A DNA stretch of 64,000 nt from Bacteriovoracia bacterium (GTDB lineage Bacteria > Bdellovibrionota > UBA1018 > JBFWNL01), in contig JBFWNL010000001.1 in the NCBI GenBank assembly GCA_050251055.1, forward strand, positions 331,825 through 395,824. The letters are read 5' to 3'. The notes under the pieces were generated by a model. The model made no database searches and was not told where the DNA came from. It was given only the letters and a program-made list of their open reading frames with translations. Within the stretch, counting starts at the first letter, position 1. Every line of letters starts with the position of its first letter. Shown here piece by piece: positions 1-10,028 of the stretch. Made by a program: the position numbers and the translations under genes.

Positions 1-117
1 CCCCTCTTTGCCGCGCTAATCGAATGCCTGGTTGCCAGGCGCCTGCCCTCCCACTACCTGTGGGGAGCCCTTCTCTTTTTCGGGGTGGGATTCGCCCTCA
101 TGCTTTAGCGATAGCTA

Positions 118-1074
118 CTACTTATCGATGAAGATCGGGCCCGCGGGAGTCGGCACATCGCGACGATCGAGCAGCAAGCCTTTGGCTTTACCGCGCGTGA
201 CGACGCCGAAGCGGCGCTCGTTCACCCCTCGCGCACGCTCGGCCTTCCAGGTATCCACGATCCAGTGGTGCCACTTGTCGGGATCCCAATAGAAAATCGC
301 GTGATGGGGTTCGTTCGCCCGCGCCCAGCGCGACGCCTTTAGCGGAAACAGCAGCTTCCCCGCGTCCACCGGATGATTCGTCCAAGGCCCCCCCAAGAGC
401 TCGTCTGGGAAGCGCACGTAGTTCGCCCACCCCTTTTGGAACTCCTCGGTCATCAGGCCAGCCACTTCGATGAAGCCAGCGCCGTAAGCGGTGCAGCCCG
501 CGCCCTCCCGGTAGAGCGGCCGGTTGGGCAACCCGTAGTGCAGGTCATAGCCTTGCTTTTTGTACTCGTCGTAGAACTCCAGCAGGCGCGCGCAAGTTTT
601 TTCGCTCACTTGGAAGGTGATGAAGCTCATGGTTCCGCGGCGCGCGCGATCCTTGAGTTGTGGCTCGATCTCTTCCGGCGTATCCTCTCGGCCACGGAAA
701 TCGTGCAGCAAAATACTGAAGCCATATTTTTTCTTGAAGAGCAGATCCCACTGCTCGCCACGACCATCGGACGTCATCCCGGTCAGCACCCGGCGGTCTC
801 CGCACTTAAGCTCCACTTCCAAATGCCCGATCCCGTGCAACGTATCCGGATTCTTAAGCGTCAGATGATTCCAAACGGCGCTCCAAGCCAGCTTCACCGG
901 CGAGCGCCAATCGATGCCTCTGGGCGATGGAAAGAGAAAAACAGTAAGCTCGGAGGGTGACGCCGAGGAAGACTCGGCACGAACAACTGGGGTCATGAAT
1001 ATACTCCCGCCGACCAACGCCCACATGAAGGTCCGCGCTACAATGCCATGTAAACCGGATCGCCGATTCCCCAT
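118..1074 (-). CDS. Secreted hypothetical protein
   Basis: 318-aa ORF with an N-terminal hydrophobic signal (VVRA/ES) and an RBS-like AAGGGG upstream; no family recognised. Confidence 0.7.
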   Translation of the reverse strand: MGNRRSGLHGIVARTFMWALVGGSIFMTPVVRAESSSASPSELTVFLFPSPRGIDWRSPVKLAWSAVWNHLTLKNPDTLHGIGHLEVELKCGDRRVLTGMTSDGRGEQWDLLFKKKYGFSILLHDFRGREDTPEEIEPQLKDRARRGTMSFITFQVSEKTCARLLEFYDEYKKQGYDLHYGLPNRPLYREGAGCTAYGAGFIEVAGLMTEEFQKGWANYVRFPDELLGGPWTNHPVDAGKLLFPLKASRWARANEPHHAIFYWDPDKWHHWIVDTWKAERARGVNERRFGVVTRGKAKGLLLDRRDVPTPAGPIFIDK

Positions 1075-1197
1075 TCACTACCCCTTCCTTGGGTGTCCAC
1101 TTCGTTTGCGACCTACTCTATAAAGGAGTGCCACCGGCACGGGCGAGTGTCAAGCCACCGACTTGCTGCAACGGCCAACCTATGCCAGCATGGCCGA

Positions 1198-3039
1198 ATG
1201 CATAATTCACTTCGTCCTTTCCTAGCCTGTGCGCTCATTCTCGTGGTTGCGGCCCCGAGCTGCGCCACTTCCCAAAAATCCGCGCCGTCCGCTCCGGCGG
1301 CGAGCCAAACCGTGGTCCCGCTCGATACGAGCGATTTAAAAAACTCTCGTTATCGTCCCGTGGCCGGCACCCGCGGCATGGTCGTCTCCGACGACCGCGT
1401 GGCTTCCGAATGGGGAGCCGAGATCCTGCGTCGCGGAGGCAATGCCATTGACGCCGCGGTGGCCACAGGCTTTGCGCTCGCGGTCACCCGCCCGCACTTT
1501 GGTTCGCTCGGAGGAGGCGGCTTCCTCCTCTACTGCCCTGCGCCCAAAAGCAGCCAAGCCCAGAAATGTCAGATCATCGATTACCGCGAGACCGCGCCGG
1601 CCGCGGCCTCGCCTGAGACCTACCGAAAGAACGGCAAGGCGGATCCCAGACTCGCGCAAGTCGGGGCGCTTGCTTCTGGCGTGCCCGGGGTCACCGCCGG
1701 ACTTCTCTCCGCGCTGGAGAAGTTTGGCTCGAAACCGCGGAAACAGCTGCTCGAGCGGCCGATCGCGCTCGCCCGACAGGGCGTGCTCGTGACTCATTAC
1801 ATGGAAAAGAATGCCGTGGAGAGCTGGGACGATTTTAACTCGGCCACTCAACGCATCTTGGGCTGCCCAGAAAAATCCGGACGCGGCAAGTCCGGAATCT
1901 TGAAACCCTGCGTGGCGGGCGAGAAAATCACGCAGCCGGATCTAGCCCGTACCCTAGAAGCGATTTCTGCCCGTGGGCGTGACGGCTTCTACCGGGGCGC
2001 CGTCGCCCGACAGTTGGTCCACGGGCTGAGTGAAGCCGGTGGCATCCTCACGACGGCCGATCTAGCAAATTACCAGCCTCAAGTGCGCGCTCCGATTACA
2101 ATGTCTTACGAAGGCCCTACGGGAAACTGGGAGATCGTCTCCATGCCTCCGCCTTCCAACGGAGGCACCGGCATCCTGCAGATGTTCAGCTACGCTACCC
2201 AAGCGGCACTTTCTGGTGAGTTTCGAGATGGCTACTGGAGCCCGCGCTCGCTCCACGCCCTCACGCACGGCATGTCGCTCGCCTTCGCGGATCGCGCCGC
2301 CTATTTCGGCGACCCGGGGTTCACGCCGGTCCCGATGGACCAACTCCTTTCGCGTGACTACCTGGCGCGCCGCTGGACGAGCACGTTCAAGTCCAGCCGC
2401 GCGAACATTCCCTCGGAAGGAGGGTTGGGCCCGGCTCCCGGCGCCCCTCCCGCCGGGCAGCACACCACTCACTTTAGCGTCATCGACGCCCAAGGAAATG
2501 CCGTCGCCGTCACGACGACTATCAACGGGGTCTACGGTTCTGGGTTCACACCTCCCGGAACCGGCGTCATTATGAACAACGAGATGGACGACTTCAGCCT
2601 TGAACCGGGCGTCGCCAACCAGTTCGGCTTGGTGGGTTCCCATGCCAATGCGGTAGCTCCAGGCAAGCGCCCGCTATCTTCGATGTCACCCACAATTGCC
2701 CGCGACGTTCAAGGGAACAACCGCGTGGTGATCGGCGCGGCCGGCGGCCCCCGCATTACTACCTCCGTGTTTCAAGCTCTCTTCAATCGCCTGTACTTTG
2801 GCCTGCCATTGCCAGAAGCCATGCACCTGCCGCGCATCCACCACCAATGGAAGCCCGCGCGCGTGCTCTTCGAGAAAGGGGCCTACCCCGCCTCGATTCG
2901 AGAGTCCCTGCGCGATATGGGGTATGCGGTGGAGGAATCCGCTGGCTCAGGGATTATTCACGCATTGGAGCGCCAACCCGGCGGGCGGGTTTGGGGCGTG
3001 CCCGAACCTCGTGGGGAAGGCGCCGCCGTTTCGGAGTAG
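1198..3039 (+). CDS. ggt: Gamma-glutamyltransferase (glutathione hydrolase), exported
   Basis: GGNAIDAAVA, SLGGGGF, IDYRETAP, autocleavage site HTTHFS, MNNEMDDF, PGKRPLSSMSP; ATG 1198 precedes a signal/lipobox-like segment. Confidence 0.95.
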   Translation: MHNSLRPFLACALILVVAAPSCATSQKSAPSAPAASQTVVPLDTSDLKNSRYRPVAGTRGMVVSDDRVASEWGAEILRRGGNAIDAAVATGFALAVTRPHFGSLGGGGFLLYCPAPKSSQAQKCQIIDYRETAPAAASPETYRKNGKADPRLAQVGALASGVPGVTAGLLSALEKFGSKPRKQLLERPIALARQGVLVTHYMEKNAVESWDDFNSATQRILGCPEKSGRGKSGILKPCVAGEKITQPDLARTLEAISARGRDGFYRGAVARQLVHGLSEAGGILTTADLANYQPQVRAPITMSYEGPTGNWEIVSMPPPSNGGTGILQMFSYATQAALSGEFRDGYWSPRSLHALTHGMSLAFADRAAYFGDPGFTPVPMDQLLSRDYLARRWTSTFKSSRANIPSEGGLGPAPGAPPAGQHTTHFSVIDAQGNAVAVTTTINGVYGSGFTPPGTGVIMNNEMDDFSLEPGVANQFGLVGSHANAVAPGKRPLSSMSPTIARDVQGNNRVVIGAAGGPRITTSVFQALFNRLYFGLPLPEAMHLPRIHHQWKPARVLFEKGAYPASIRESLRDMGYAVEESAGSGIIHALERQPGGRVWGVPEPRGEGAAVSE

Positions 3040-3258
3040 CCCGTGACCCCGGCGGGATGGCTGCCGCATAGGATATGCGAACTTAATTATGCCCTGCGCC
3101 GTCATGAGGGCAGAACTTCAAGGGTTAAGCTTTTCTTCGACAAAGCGACTTAAGCGCTTGGAGCAAAAGGCGAAACTCCCCGGCAGGCAACTCGTTGCCT
3201 TATAGGCGCCCGCCTACCGCAGCGATCCGGCCACGGAAATCGCCGCCCCTTCTGACGA

Positions 3259-3287
3259 TTGAATATTTGAAAACACTCTAATATCAT
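3259..3287 (+). promoter_or_regulatory. Sigma70-like promoter of the RRM gene
   Basis: TTGAAT-17 nt-TATCAT in an AT-rich intergenic patch ~130 nt before the AGGAGG/ATG. Confidence 0.55.
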
Positions 3288-3415
3288 TAAGAGTGTTCCG
3301 CTTTCAGATCTCTAGAGCATGCTCACGGTTCTCGTAGGCGGGTTGAGTAGAAGTACTGGTAGCCGTACGAATGCATTTGATCGATGTTAGCGCCTAAGCC
3401 TTCAGGAGGACTTCA

Positions 3416-3805
3416 ATGGGCAAGAAACTGTATGTCGGGAACCTACCCTTCTCGACGGATGATGCGTCACTTCAACAAATCTTTTCGGAATGCGGAACGG
3501 TCACGTCCGCGAAAGTGATTTCGGATCGCGAAACCGGCCGCTCCCGCGGCTTTGGTTTCGTGGAAATGTCCAGCGACCAGGAAGCGGCAGATGCCATTTC
3601 TAAGATGAACGGAAAAGAAGTCGATGGCCGGGCGCTGAAAGTCAGCGAAGCCAATGAGTCGCCCGGCGGTGGCGGTCGTGGCGGCGGTGGTGGTCGCGGC
3701 GGATTCGGTGGTGGTCGCGGAGGTGGCGGTGGCTACGGCGGCGGTCGCGGAGGTGGCGGCGGCTACGGCGGTGGTCGCGGAGGTGGCGGCGGAGGCCGTT
3801 ACTAA
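3416..3805 (+). CDS. RRM (RNP-1) RNA-binding protein with Gly-rich tail
   Basis: RNP2 LYVGNL, RNP1 RGFGFVEM, GGGRGGGGGY tail, strong AGGAGG RBS. Confidence 0.95.
   Translation: MGKKLYVGNLPFSTDDASLQQIFSECGTVTSAKVISDRETGRSRGFGFVEMSSDQEAADAISKMNGKEVDGRALKVSEANESPGGGGRGGGGGRGGFGGGRGGGGGYGGGRGGGGGYGGGRGGGGGGRY
3707..3793 (+). repeat. ~30-bp coding tandem repeat (GGGRGGGGGY, about 3 copies)
   Basis: ggYggYggtcgcggaggtggcggYggctac units within the RRM tail. Confidence 0.8.
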
Positions 3806-3830
3806 CCCACTGGCTATCTAAAAATTTTCG

Positions 3831-3868
3831 GCCCGAGGCTTCTTTGCGGAACCCTCGGGCTTTTTTTT
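3831..3868 (+). terminator. Rho-independent terminator after the RRM gene
   Basis: gcccgagg/cctcgggc stem followed by T8. Confidence 0.85.
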
Positions 3869-3909
3869 GTCCCGCTTTGCAAACTGTAGTCCTGTGATAC
3901 ACTAATCGG

Positions 3910-5043
3910 GTGGGGACTCGGCATGGAAGCCGTCAGCTGAAGTTTTGCTTGAGCGTATTGGCCGCCGCGGCGGCCATCACCGGCCTGATGCGGCTTCTCC
4001 CCGCACCCCTTCCCGCTCACCCACCTCTGGCTAAAACCTCGGTAGTGAAATCCCCTACGCAGCGTGTTCCCGCCGTGGCTGTGCGTCAGCCGACACCTGC
4101 AATAGGAGATGCGGAACGGACCTGTCGAGAACTTCGATCCAACACCCTGGACCATCGCCCTCTTCGCGAACTAGCCGAAACATTACTGGCCGCCCCCGAC
4201 CTACTCGCCCACACCGGCCAAGAAGACGAAGTCTTTGGGCGCCTACTGCGGGGGCTCACCGCAAGCGACGAATCGGAACTCCGGCAGGAACTAGACGACT
4301 CGCATCCGGCGCTCATCTTCATGCGGGCGCTGGCGGAGGGTAACGCGCTTTACGAAAACCCTCCGCTGTCCCCCAACCCCCGCGCGGCGATCGCAAGTCT
4401 CGAGGGACTGGTCGAAGACGATCCCCAGAACGCTGCCTATTCCCTACTCCTCGCGCACTTTCAAGATCAGGTCGGCACGCCGCCTGAACAACTCGCCTCG
4501 ACGATGGAGCGAGCGCTCAACTCCCAACGCTACGACACGCATATCCGCGCGCTTTTTCAACGCATTTACGAACGGGGCCTCAGTTCGATCGAAAACAGCG
4601 TGGTCGCCGCCCATCTCATTTCCCGCTTTCCGACGATCGACTACAGCCACCCCCATAGCTTGGTGAAACTCTTCGTCGGCCAAGGTGATCCTGCTTTGGA
4701 CGCCGCCGCGATGAGGTTGGGCCGGCTGCTGATGAAAGAAGGGAATGAACAAGGCTTCCGGCGTGAAACCGTTTACTGGTCCGCGACGGAGTATAACCTC
4801 GGCCTGAACTTATTCCAGCGCGGCTGGAAGGAGACCCACCCTGACGAGGAGCTCACTGCGGAAGCTCGCGACGGATACGGAAAGTTCTTCACGGAATCGC
4901 CCGCCACCCAAGCCCGTTACGCTATCTGGGCGCAGGCCGCCGACCAGAATGCCGCGTGCCCCGTCGACGCGATGACCGCCGACTACGCGCGAGAGTACGA
5001 AGACTTCCTTCAATACCAGCAAGCGCAAGCCGAACGCGACTAG
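3910..5043 (+). CDS. Hypothetical membrane-anchored helical protein
   Basis: 377-aa ORF with an N-terminal hydrophobic segment and a TPR-like stretch (DPQNAAYSLLLA). Confidence 0.65.
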   Translation: MGTRHGSRQLKFCLSVLAAAAAITGLMRLLPAPLPAHPPLAKTSVVKSPTQRVPAVAVRQPTPAIGDAERTCRELRSNTLDHRPLRELAETLLAAPDLLAHTGQEDEVFGRLLRGLTASDESELRQELDDSHPALIFMRALAEGNALYENPPLSPNPRAAIASLEGLVEDDPQNAAYSLLLAHFQDQVGTPPEQLASTMERALNSQRYDTHIRALFQRIYERGLSSIENSVVAAHLISRFPTIDYSHPHSLVKLFVGQGDPALDAAAMRLGRLLMKEGNEQGFRRETVYWSATEYNLGLNLFQRGWKETHPDEELTAEARDGYGKFFTESPATQARYAIWAQAADQNAACPVDAMTADYAREYEDFLQYQQAQAERD

Positions 5044-5516
5044 TGGTGGTGACCGCCCGGGCCGTGCACGTGTCCGTGCGACATCTCTTCCTTGGTGGCT
5101 TCGCGAATTTCCATCACTTCGATATCGAAGGTGAGGTCTTGTCCCGCCAACGGGTGATTCGCGTCTAGCGTCACTTGTTCCGGCGTGAGCGCCGTCACCG
5201 TGAGGAGCTGGGTTTCCCCGCCCTGGGTGTCGGCTTCGAACTGGTCGCCAACCGTGAGATCGCCGCTGTTCGGCAACTCGGCGCGAGACATGTTAATTAC
5301 CAAACGATCGTCGCGTTCGCCGTAAGCATCGGCCGCTTTCACTTGGATCACTTTTTTCTCGCCCTTTTTTAATGGCGAGAGCTGGCGCTCCAGACCCGGG
5401 ATGATTTGGCCTTGGCCCTCGAGGAAGCTCAGTGGCGCGCCGCCTTCGGACGAATCGAGGGTTTCCCCCTGGCTGTTGGTCAGCTTGTAATTAAAGGAAA
5501 TAACCCGAGTTTTCAT
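5040..5516 (-). CDS. slyD: FKBP-type peptidyl-prolyl isomerase SlyD
   Basis: GQIIPGLE, DANHPLAGQDLTF, His-rich C-terminus HGHVHGPGGHHH. Confidence 0.93.
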   Translation of the reverse strand: MKTRVISFNYKLTNSQGETLDSSEGGAPLSFLEGQGQIIPGLERQLSPLKKGEKKVIQVKAADAYGERDDRLVINMSRAELPNSGDLTVGDQFEADTQGGETQLLTVTALTPEQVTLDANHPLAGQDLTFDIEVMEIREATKEEMSHGHVHGPGGHHH

Positions 5517-5616
5517 CTATGGCCTCCTGCGCCGAAAATACGTTCCGCCCAGATCATCATACCCCTGCTAAAAATACCAGAGAAATGCTAAGGTGCGGCT
5601 ATAGGGTTTAGATACT

Positions 5617-6450
5617 ATGTTAAGTTCGCACGGAATTCCCGTATACCCCCTTTGGCTCGCCATCCCGCTGATGTTCTTCATCGTGGGTGTCCGCTACCTG
5701 ATTTTCGCCGGCGGCGCCTATCTCTACTTCTACGTATGGAAACGGGAAGCCCTCCATCGCTATAAAATCGATCCCGTCTTTCCGAACCCCAAGCTGCTCA
5801 AAGCCGAGTTCAAGTGGTCGGTGGTCACGTCCCTGCTTTTTGGCGTGGCGGGCGCCCTCGTTTCCGAAGCCTGGGAAGCCGGCTACACCCGTATCTACTG
5901 GGACATCGCCGAATACGGGTGGTTCTATCTTTTCTTCAGCGTGTTCCTGATGATGTTCATTCACGACACGTATTTTTACTTCACCCACGTCCTCATTCAT
6001 CACCCCAAACTCTTTAAGCGCGTGCACAAGGTCCACCACGATTCGGTGAACCCGTCGCCCTGGGCCGCGTTTTCGTTTCACCCCTGGGAAGGCTTGATCG
6101 AGGCAATCGCTTTACCGCTCATCATTTTCATCGTGCCAGTGCACCCTATCGCGTTCGTCAGCTTTCTGATGATCATGACCGTGCTCGGCGTGATCAACCA
6201 CATGGGGTATGAAGTCATGCCCAAGTGGTTCGCCACCCACTGGTTTGGAAAGTGGTTCATCACCGCGACCCACCACTTCCAACACCACCGTCTCGTGAAA
6301 TGCAACTACGGCCTTTACTTCACGTTTTGGGATCGGCTGCTCGGCACGGAACGGGCCGACTACCCAAAGTTTTATGCCCAAGTGAAAGCCAAGGGAGAGG
6401 CCCCCACGCCCGGGGGCGGCGCAACTCTCAATCCCCAAACGCTGCGGTAG
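5617..6450 (+). CDS. Sterol desaturase / fatty-acid hydroxylase family membrane protein
   Basis: His boxes HDTYFYFTHVLIH, HKVHH, NHMG, HHFQHH, and NYGLYFTFWDRL. Confidence 0.9.
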   Translation: MLSSHGIPVYPLWLAIPLMFFIVGVRYLIFAGGAYLYFYVWKREALHRYKIDPVFPNPKLLKAEFKWSVVTSLLFGVAGALVSEAWEAGYTRIYWDIAEYGWFYLFFSVFLMMFIHDTYFYFTHVLIHHPKLFKRVHKVHHDSVNPSPWAAFSFHPWEGLIEAIALPLIIFIVPVHPIAFVSFLMIMTVLGVINHMGYEVMPKWFATHWFGKWFITATHHFQHHRLVKCNYGLYFTFWDRLLGTERADYPKFYAQVKAKGEAPTPGGGATLNPQTLR

Positions 6451-6460
6451 TCGTTTCATC

Positions 6461-7330
6461 ATGGAAGTACTGAACGTCTCCGGATACCGCTTTACCCCCC
6501 TCGACGAGTTAAGGTCGAAGCGGGATCGCCTGCGTCGGGATACCCGCGCCCTAGGCCTGCGCGGCACGGTGCTACTAGCCGAAGAGGGAATTAATTGTTT
6601 TCTCGCGGGTTCGCGCGAGCAGATCGATGCCTTCCGTCAGGTGGCTTTTGGCGAGTTGGGGATCCCAGAAGTCACGTTTAAGGAAAGCTGGTCGCCGAAG
6701 CAGCCGTTCCGGCGCATGCTCGTGAAAATCAAGCGGGAGATCATCCCGCTCGGCCGCCCCGAAATCAATCCGGGCCGACGACCGGCTCCGTTCGTGGCCG
6801 CCCGCGAGTTGAAACGGTGGCTGGACGAGGGCCGCCCGGTCGTCCTGCTCGATACACGAAACGACTACGAGGTGAAAGTCGGCACCTTCCGGGGGGCCGT
6901 GGATCCGGACGTACGGACCTTTCGCAAGTTCCCCCAGGCGATCGCGGAACTCGAGAGGAACCTCCCCGATTTAAGGAACCGCACCGTCGTTACGTTTTGC
7001 ACGGGTGGGATCCGCTGCGAGAAAGCGGCGCCGTATCTCGCCCAGCAAGGGTTTCGTGACGTCTACCAGCTCGAAGGCGGAATCTTAAAGTATTTTGAAG
7101 AATGCGGCGACGCCCACTACGATGGAAACTGTTTCGTTTTCGACCAGCGCGTGGCGCTGAACGGGCGCCTCGAGACGGCCGAGTTCAAGCAGTGCTTTCG
7201 ATGCCGGGAGCCACTCAACCTCGAAGACCAGGCATCCCCTCACTATCGACTGAATGAAAGCTGTCCTTACTGTTTCGGTAAACAGATAGGGGCGGCATCT
7301 GATTTATCCGCCGATCCCCTGGAACCCTAG
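6461..7330 (+). CDS. trhO: Rhodanese-domain tRNA U34 hydroxylase (TrhO/YceA family)
   Basis: AEEGIN, DTRNDYEVKVGTF, FCTGGIRCEKA, QLEGGILKYFE, GNCFVFDQRV. Confidence 0.9.
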   Translation: MEVLNVSGYRFTPLDELRSKRDRLRRDTRALGLRGTVLLAEEGINCFLAGSREQIDAFRQVAFGELGIPEVTFKESWSPKQPFRRMLVKIKREIIPLGRPEINPGRRPAPFVAARELKRWLDEGRPVVLLDTRNDYEVKVGTFRGAVDPDVRTFRKFPQAIAELERNLPDLRNRTVVTFCTGGIRCEKAAPYLAQQGFRDVYQLEGGILKYFEECGDAHYDGNCFVFDQRVALNGRLETAEFKQCFRCREPLNLEDQASPHYRLNESCPYCFGKQIGAASDLSADPLEP

Positions 7331-7333
7331 CAT

Positions 7334-9007
7334 TTATTTCTTGGTGTATTTGCAGGCGGTCGGATTGGATGCCTTCAGGCGAAGGGCCACGAACCCCGGG
7401 CGGACCATCCGGCGTTGCGTGCGGGGGTCGCGTTGCGAAAGTACGAGATTCCGCTCGCGGACCGTGCCGGCGGTCTGGGACGCATCAATGAACTGGATCT
7501 CGTCGCGATGCGGATCATACTTTTTCACGAGCGCCACGTGGCCGATGACTTCTTTGGGATCGCGGTGCACGATGATGTCGCCGGTGGCGAGCGCCTCGCC
7601 GCGATAAATATCCACGGGAATAAAGCTCTCGGCCACCTTCTTTATCAAGCCCGCGCGCTCGCGCGGATAATGCGGCGGGGTCATGAACTTACCTTGCCGC
7701 TTGTATTTCCACATCTGGACGAAGTCGAGGGTCGTAAACCGGGTTTTACGGTCGTCGACCTCGAGCAGCGAGCCCACGAAGGAAGAGCAGTCGACGGCGT
7801 TTGTTTCATTTGCGCCCAAGATGTACCCGTTGTGCAGCAGTGGCAAGCTGATCGTGCCGCCGCCCGCGAGCTGAAGTTTGGGCTGGTAGAGCATACCGAG
7901 CTGGGGCGCGATCGCGGCCTGTCGAGCGGGCGCCAGACCGTGGAACATGACCGCACGATTCGTGAGCGCTTCTTCGGATACGGGCGATACGGGCGATACG
8001 GGTGAGGTCGCCGACCCTGCATTTCCGCCCCCTAACTTCGCCGGGCGGAATAGGCTCACGACTTCTTCAAGCTTCTCCGAAAGCTTCGGCAAAGCCCCCA
8101 CCGGGGGATTGAAAATGTTCAGCGGGAGCTTCATCATGGGCAAATCGGCCTTGGCCTTTTCTTCCTCGATGATGTCGGCGGCATAAGCGGCTTTGTCGGC
8201 GGCGTTCATATAGATATTACGAAAGCGCGCGTTCTCTCCCGAAGGCAATCCGTTCTGAACCCGATCCAGCTTCGCCACCGTTTCGTTGAGTTGGCGGGAC
8301 GCCTGTTTCAGCATCGTGGGATAGTCGGTCAGGCGCGTGTCTGTATAAGCTTCCGTCAGAATCTCCTGATCACGCTGGGCGGTGCTCAGGATCTCCCTTC
8401 GGCGGGCCATGGCCGCGTCGATGAGCTCCGTGCCGCGCGCATTTTCGGTGATGCGGATCGAGTCACGAATCAGACTCGTATCTTGATTGCCGACGAGGGT
8501 GCGAATCCAAGCGTCGTTGCTTCCTCCACCACTGGGTGCCCCCGATTCGACGATCGCCACGGAGGGCGACGAAGGCGGCGGCAGATTCGCCACCGTCGGA
8601 GGCTTGCCGGGCGCCGGCGGCACCACGGGAGTCGGGCTCACGCCTTCCGCGACCGTGGTCGACGGATTGGGAGCCGGCTCGCCGGACTGCCGCGGCGGAG
8701 AAAGGAGGAAACGGCCGACCTCTTCAAACGGGTTCGTGGCAGGGCAGGACTGGGGCTCCGAGGCGAGTCCCATGAAGCGCCCGTGGGCCTCGGAAGGCGC
8801 AGCCGCGCCCGCGCCCGTGCCCTCCACGTCGTCGGCGGCATCGCCTTGGCAACGCGTGAAGAAGCCCGGATCCCAGCCCAGTTTCCGACAGTCATCGGGA
8901 CCATCGGCCACGACATACAATCCGGCGGCCGCCAAGCACGCGGTCAAGCCCATCAGTTTTCTAGATAACGACGTTCTATCCAATTCACCCGCCTTACGTC
9001 CAAACAA
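7334..9007 (-). CDS. Exported protein with Pro-rich linker and C-terminal NlpC/P60-like domain
   Basis: N-terminal hydrophobic segment; C-terminal GYILG..DCSSFV...GDIIV...GHVALV...IDAS fits the NlpC/P60 Cys-His pattern. Confidence 0.6.
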   Translation of the reverse strand: MFGRKAGELDRTSLSRKLMGLTACLAAAGLYVVADGPDDCRKLGWDPGFFTRCQGDAADDVEGTGAGAAAPSEAHGRFMGLASEPQSCPATNPFEEVGRFLLSPPRQSGEPAPNPSTTVAEGVSPTPVVPPAPGKPPTVANLPPPSSPSVAIVESGAPSGGGSNDAWIRTLVGNQDTSLIRDSIRITENARGTELIDAAMARRREILSTAQRDQEILTEAYTDTRLTDYPTMLKQASRQLNETVAKLDRVQNGLPSGENARFRNIYMNAADKAAYAADIIEEEKAKADLPMMKLPLNIFNPPVGALPKLSEKLEEVVSLFRPAKLGGGNAGSATSPVSPVSPVSEEALTNRAVMFHGLAPARQAAIAPQLGMLYQPKLQLAGGGTISLPLLHNGYILGANETNAVDCSSFVGSLLEVDDRKTRFTTLDFVQMWKYKRQGKFMTPPHYPRERAGLIKKVAESFIPVDIYRGEALATGDIIVHRDPKEVIGHVALVKKYDPHRDEIQFIDASQTAGTVRERNLVLSQRDPRTQRRMVRPGFVALRLKASNPTACKYTKK

Positions 9008-9056
9008 CCCTACAACTCGACGGAAAAAATAACCCTAGTTTATAAAAGCCAAAACT

Positions 9057-9968
9057 TTATATCGCCACCTCGGCCGCCGCCCGGCCCGAGGCTTGCGACG
9101 GCGCGGACTCGCCCGTCGCCGGATCGGCGGGCTTCGTTTCGCGACGGTTACTGAGCGCCGTGGCGTCCGACGCCGCTGGACGGCGGTCGGCGATCCCGCC
9201 GGCCCGGATATCGGCGATCAAGGCCTGCGCGGCCTGCGTACCCCAGGCATCGCAGCCCAATACCGCTTGGTCGGCTTGCGCCAGATCGGCGGGCTTCGCG
9301 TGCTCCAATACGCAGTCTTTATGATCAGGACCGTGCGCGTGCTCGGCATCGTACGACGAGTCAGGCGAAGAATCATGGCCCGCGTGGCCAATGAGCTCAA
9401 AAAAGCGTACTTTCAAATTGGAGATCCAGGTACGGCCCAGGCGAGCGACCTCTAATCTCATCTTCTCGTTCAATGCCTCCGCGTGGCAGGCGTCCACGCG
9501 GGCGTCGTCGATCGTGCGCGTGAAACCCTGATTGTAGGCGGCCACGCATTGGGTACTGCCCGCCGGCGCGTTCGACTTGAGTTCGGTTAAAATTTTCGCG
9601 ACGGTATCGCCGTAGGCTTTTACGCAGCATTCGGCGAGCGGCTGACGGCCCCCCCGATCACACGCGGACTGGGCATCGCCAATGCGCAAGCCCGTGGCCG
9701 CAGCCACCCCGCGCTCAAAATCACGGCGACTCTCGCCGGTGCGGCAATTTTCCGGAATCGGGTTCGGAGACTTGGCATCCCCGCCGGCGTAGCGAGTGGC
9801 AAGACGTCCGGAGTAAGCCGCCGTATCGGCGAGCATTTGATCCAGCACTTGCTTCGCGCGGGCCTGCAGGACCATCAGCGCGGCAGGATTCATGGGAAAG
9901 GCATAAAGCTGACCGGCAAAGGTCACGGCCGTAAGCGCGATGCCCAAAGTCCAATACGTTTTCTTCAC
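9057..9968 (-). CDS. Secreted Cys-containing hypothetical protein
   Basis: Signal peptide MKKTYW...LYA/FP, GGAG RBS, 303 aa. Confidence 0.7.
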   Translation of the reverse strand: MKKTYWTLGIALTAVTFAGQLYAFPMNPAALMVLQARAKQVLDQMLADTAAYSGRLATRYAGGDAKSPNPIPENCRTGESRRDFERGVAAATGLRIGDAQSACDRGGRQPLAECCVKAYGDTVAKILTELKSNAPAGSTQCVAAYNQGFTRTIDDARVDACHAEALNEKMRLEVARLGRTWISNLKVRFFELIGHAGHDSSPDSSYDAEHAHGPDHKDCVLEHAKPADLAQADQAVLGCDAWGTQAAQALIADIRAGGIADRRPAASDATALSNRRETKPADPATGESAPSQASGRAAAEVAI

Positions 9969-10011
9969 GTTGCACTCTCCGCTTCTAAACTCTCTCAGTA
10001 CATGAATTTAG

Positions 10012-10028
10012 AGCAAGGGATGTGCCAA
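10012..10028 (-). promoter_or_regulatory. Sigma54 (-24/-12) promoter
   Basis: Minus strand TTGGCAC-ATCCC-TTGCT matches TGGCAC-N5-TTGC, ~45 nt before the 9968 start. Confidence 0.75.

Noticed and set aside
3665-3800. GGC/GGT-rich repeats as a possible CRISPR or non-coding repeat (also ~10810-10945)
   Set aside because: They encode Gly-rich protein tails; no spacers and no cas genes
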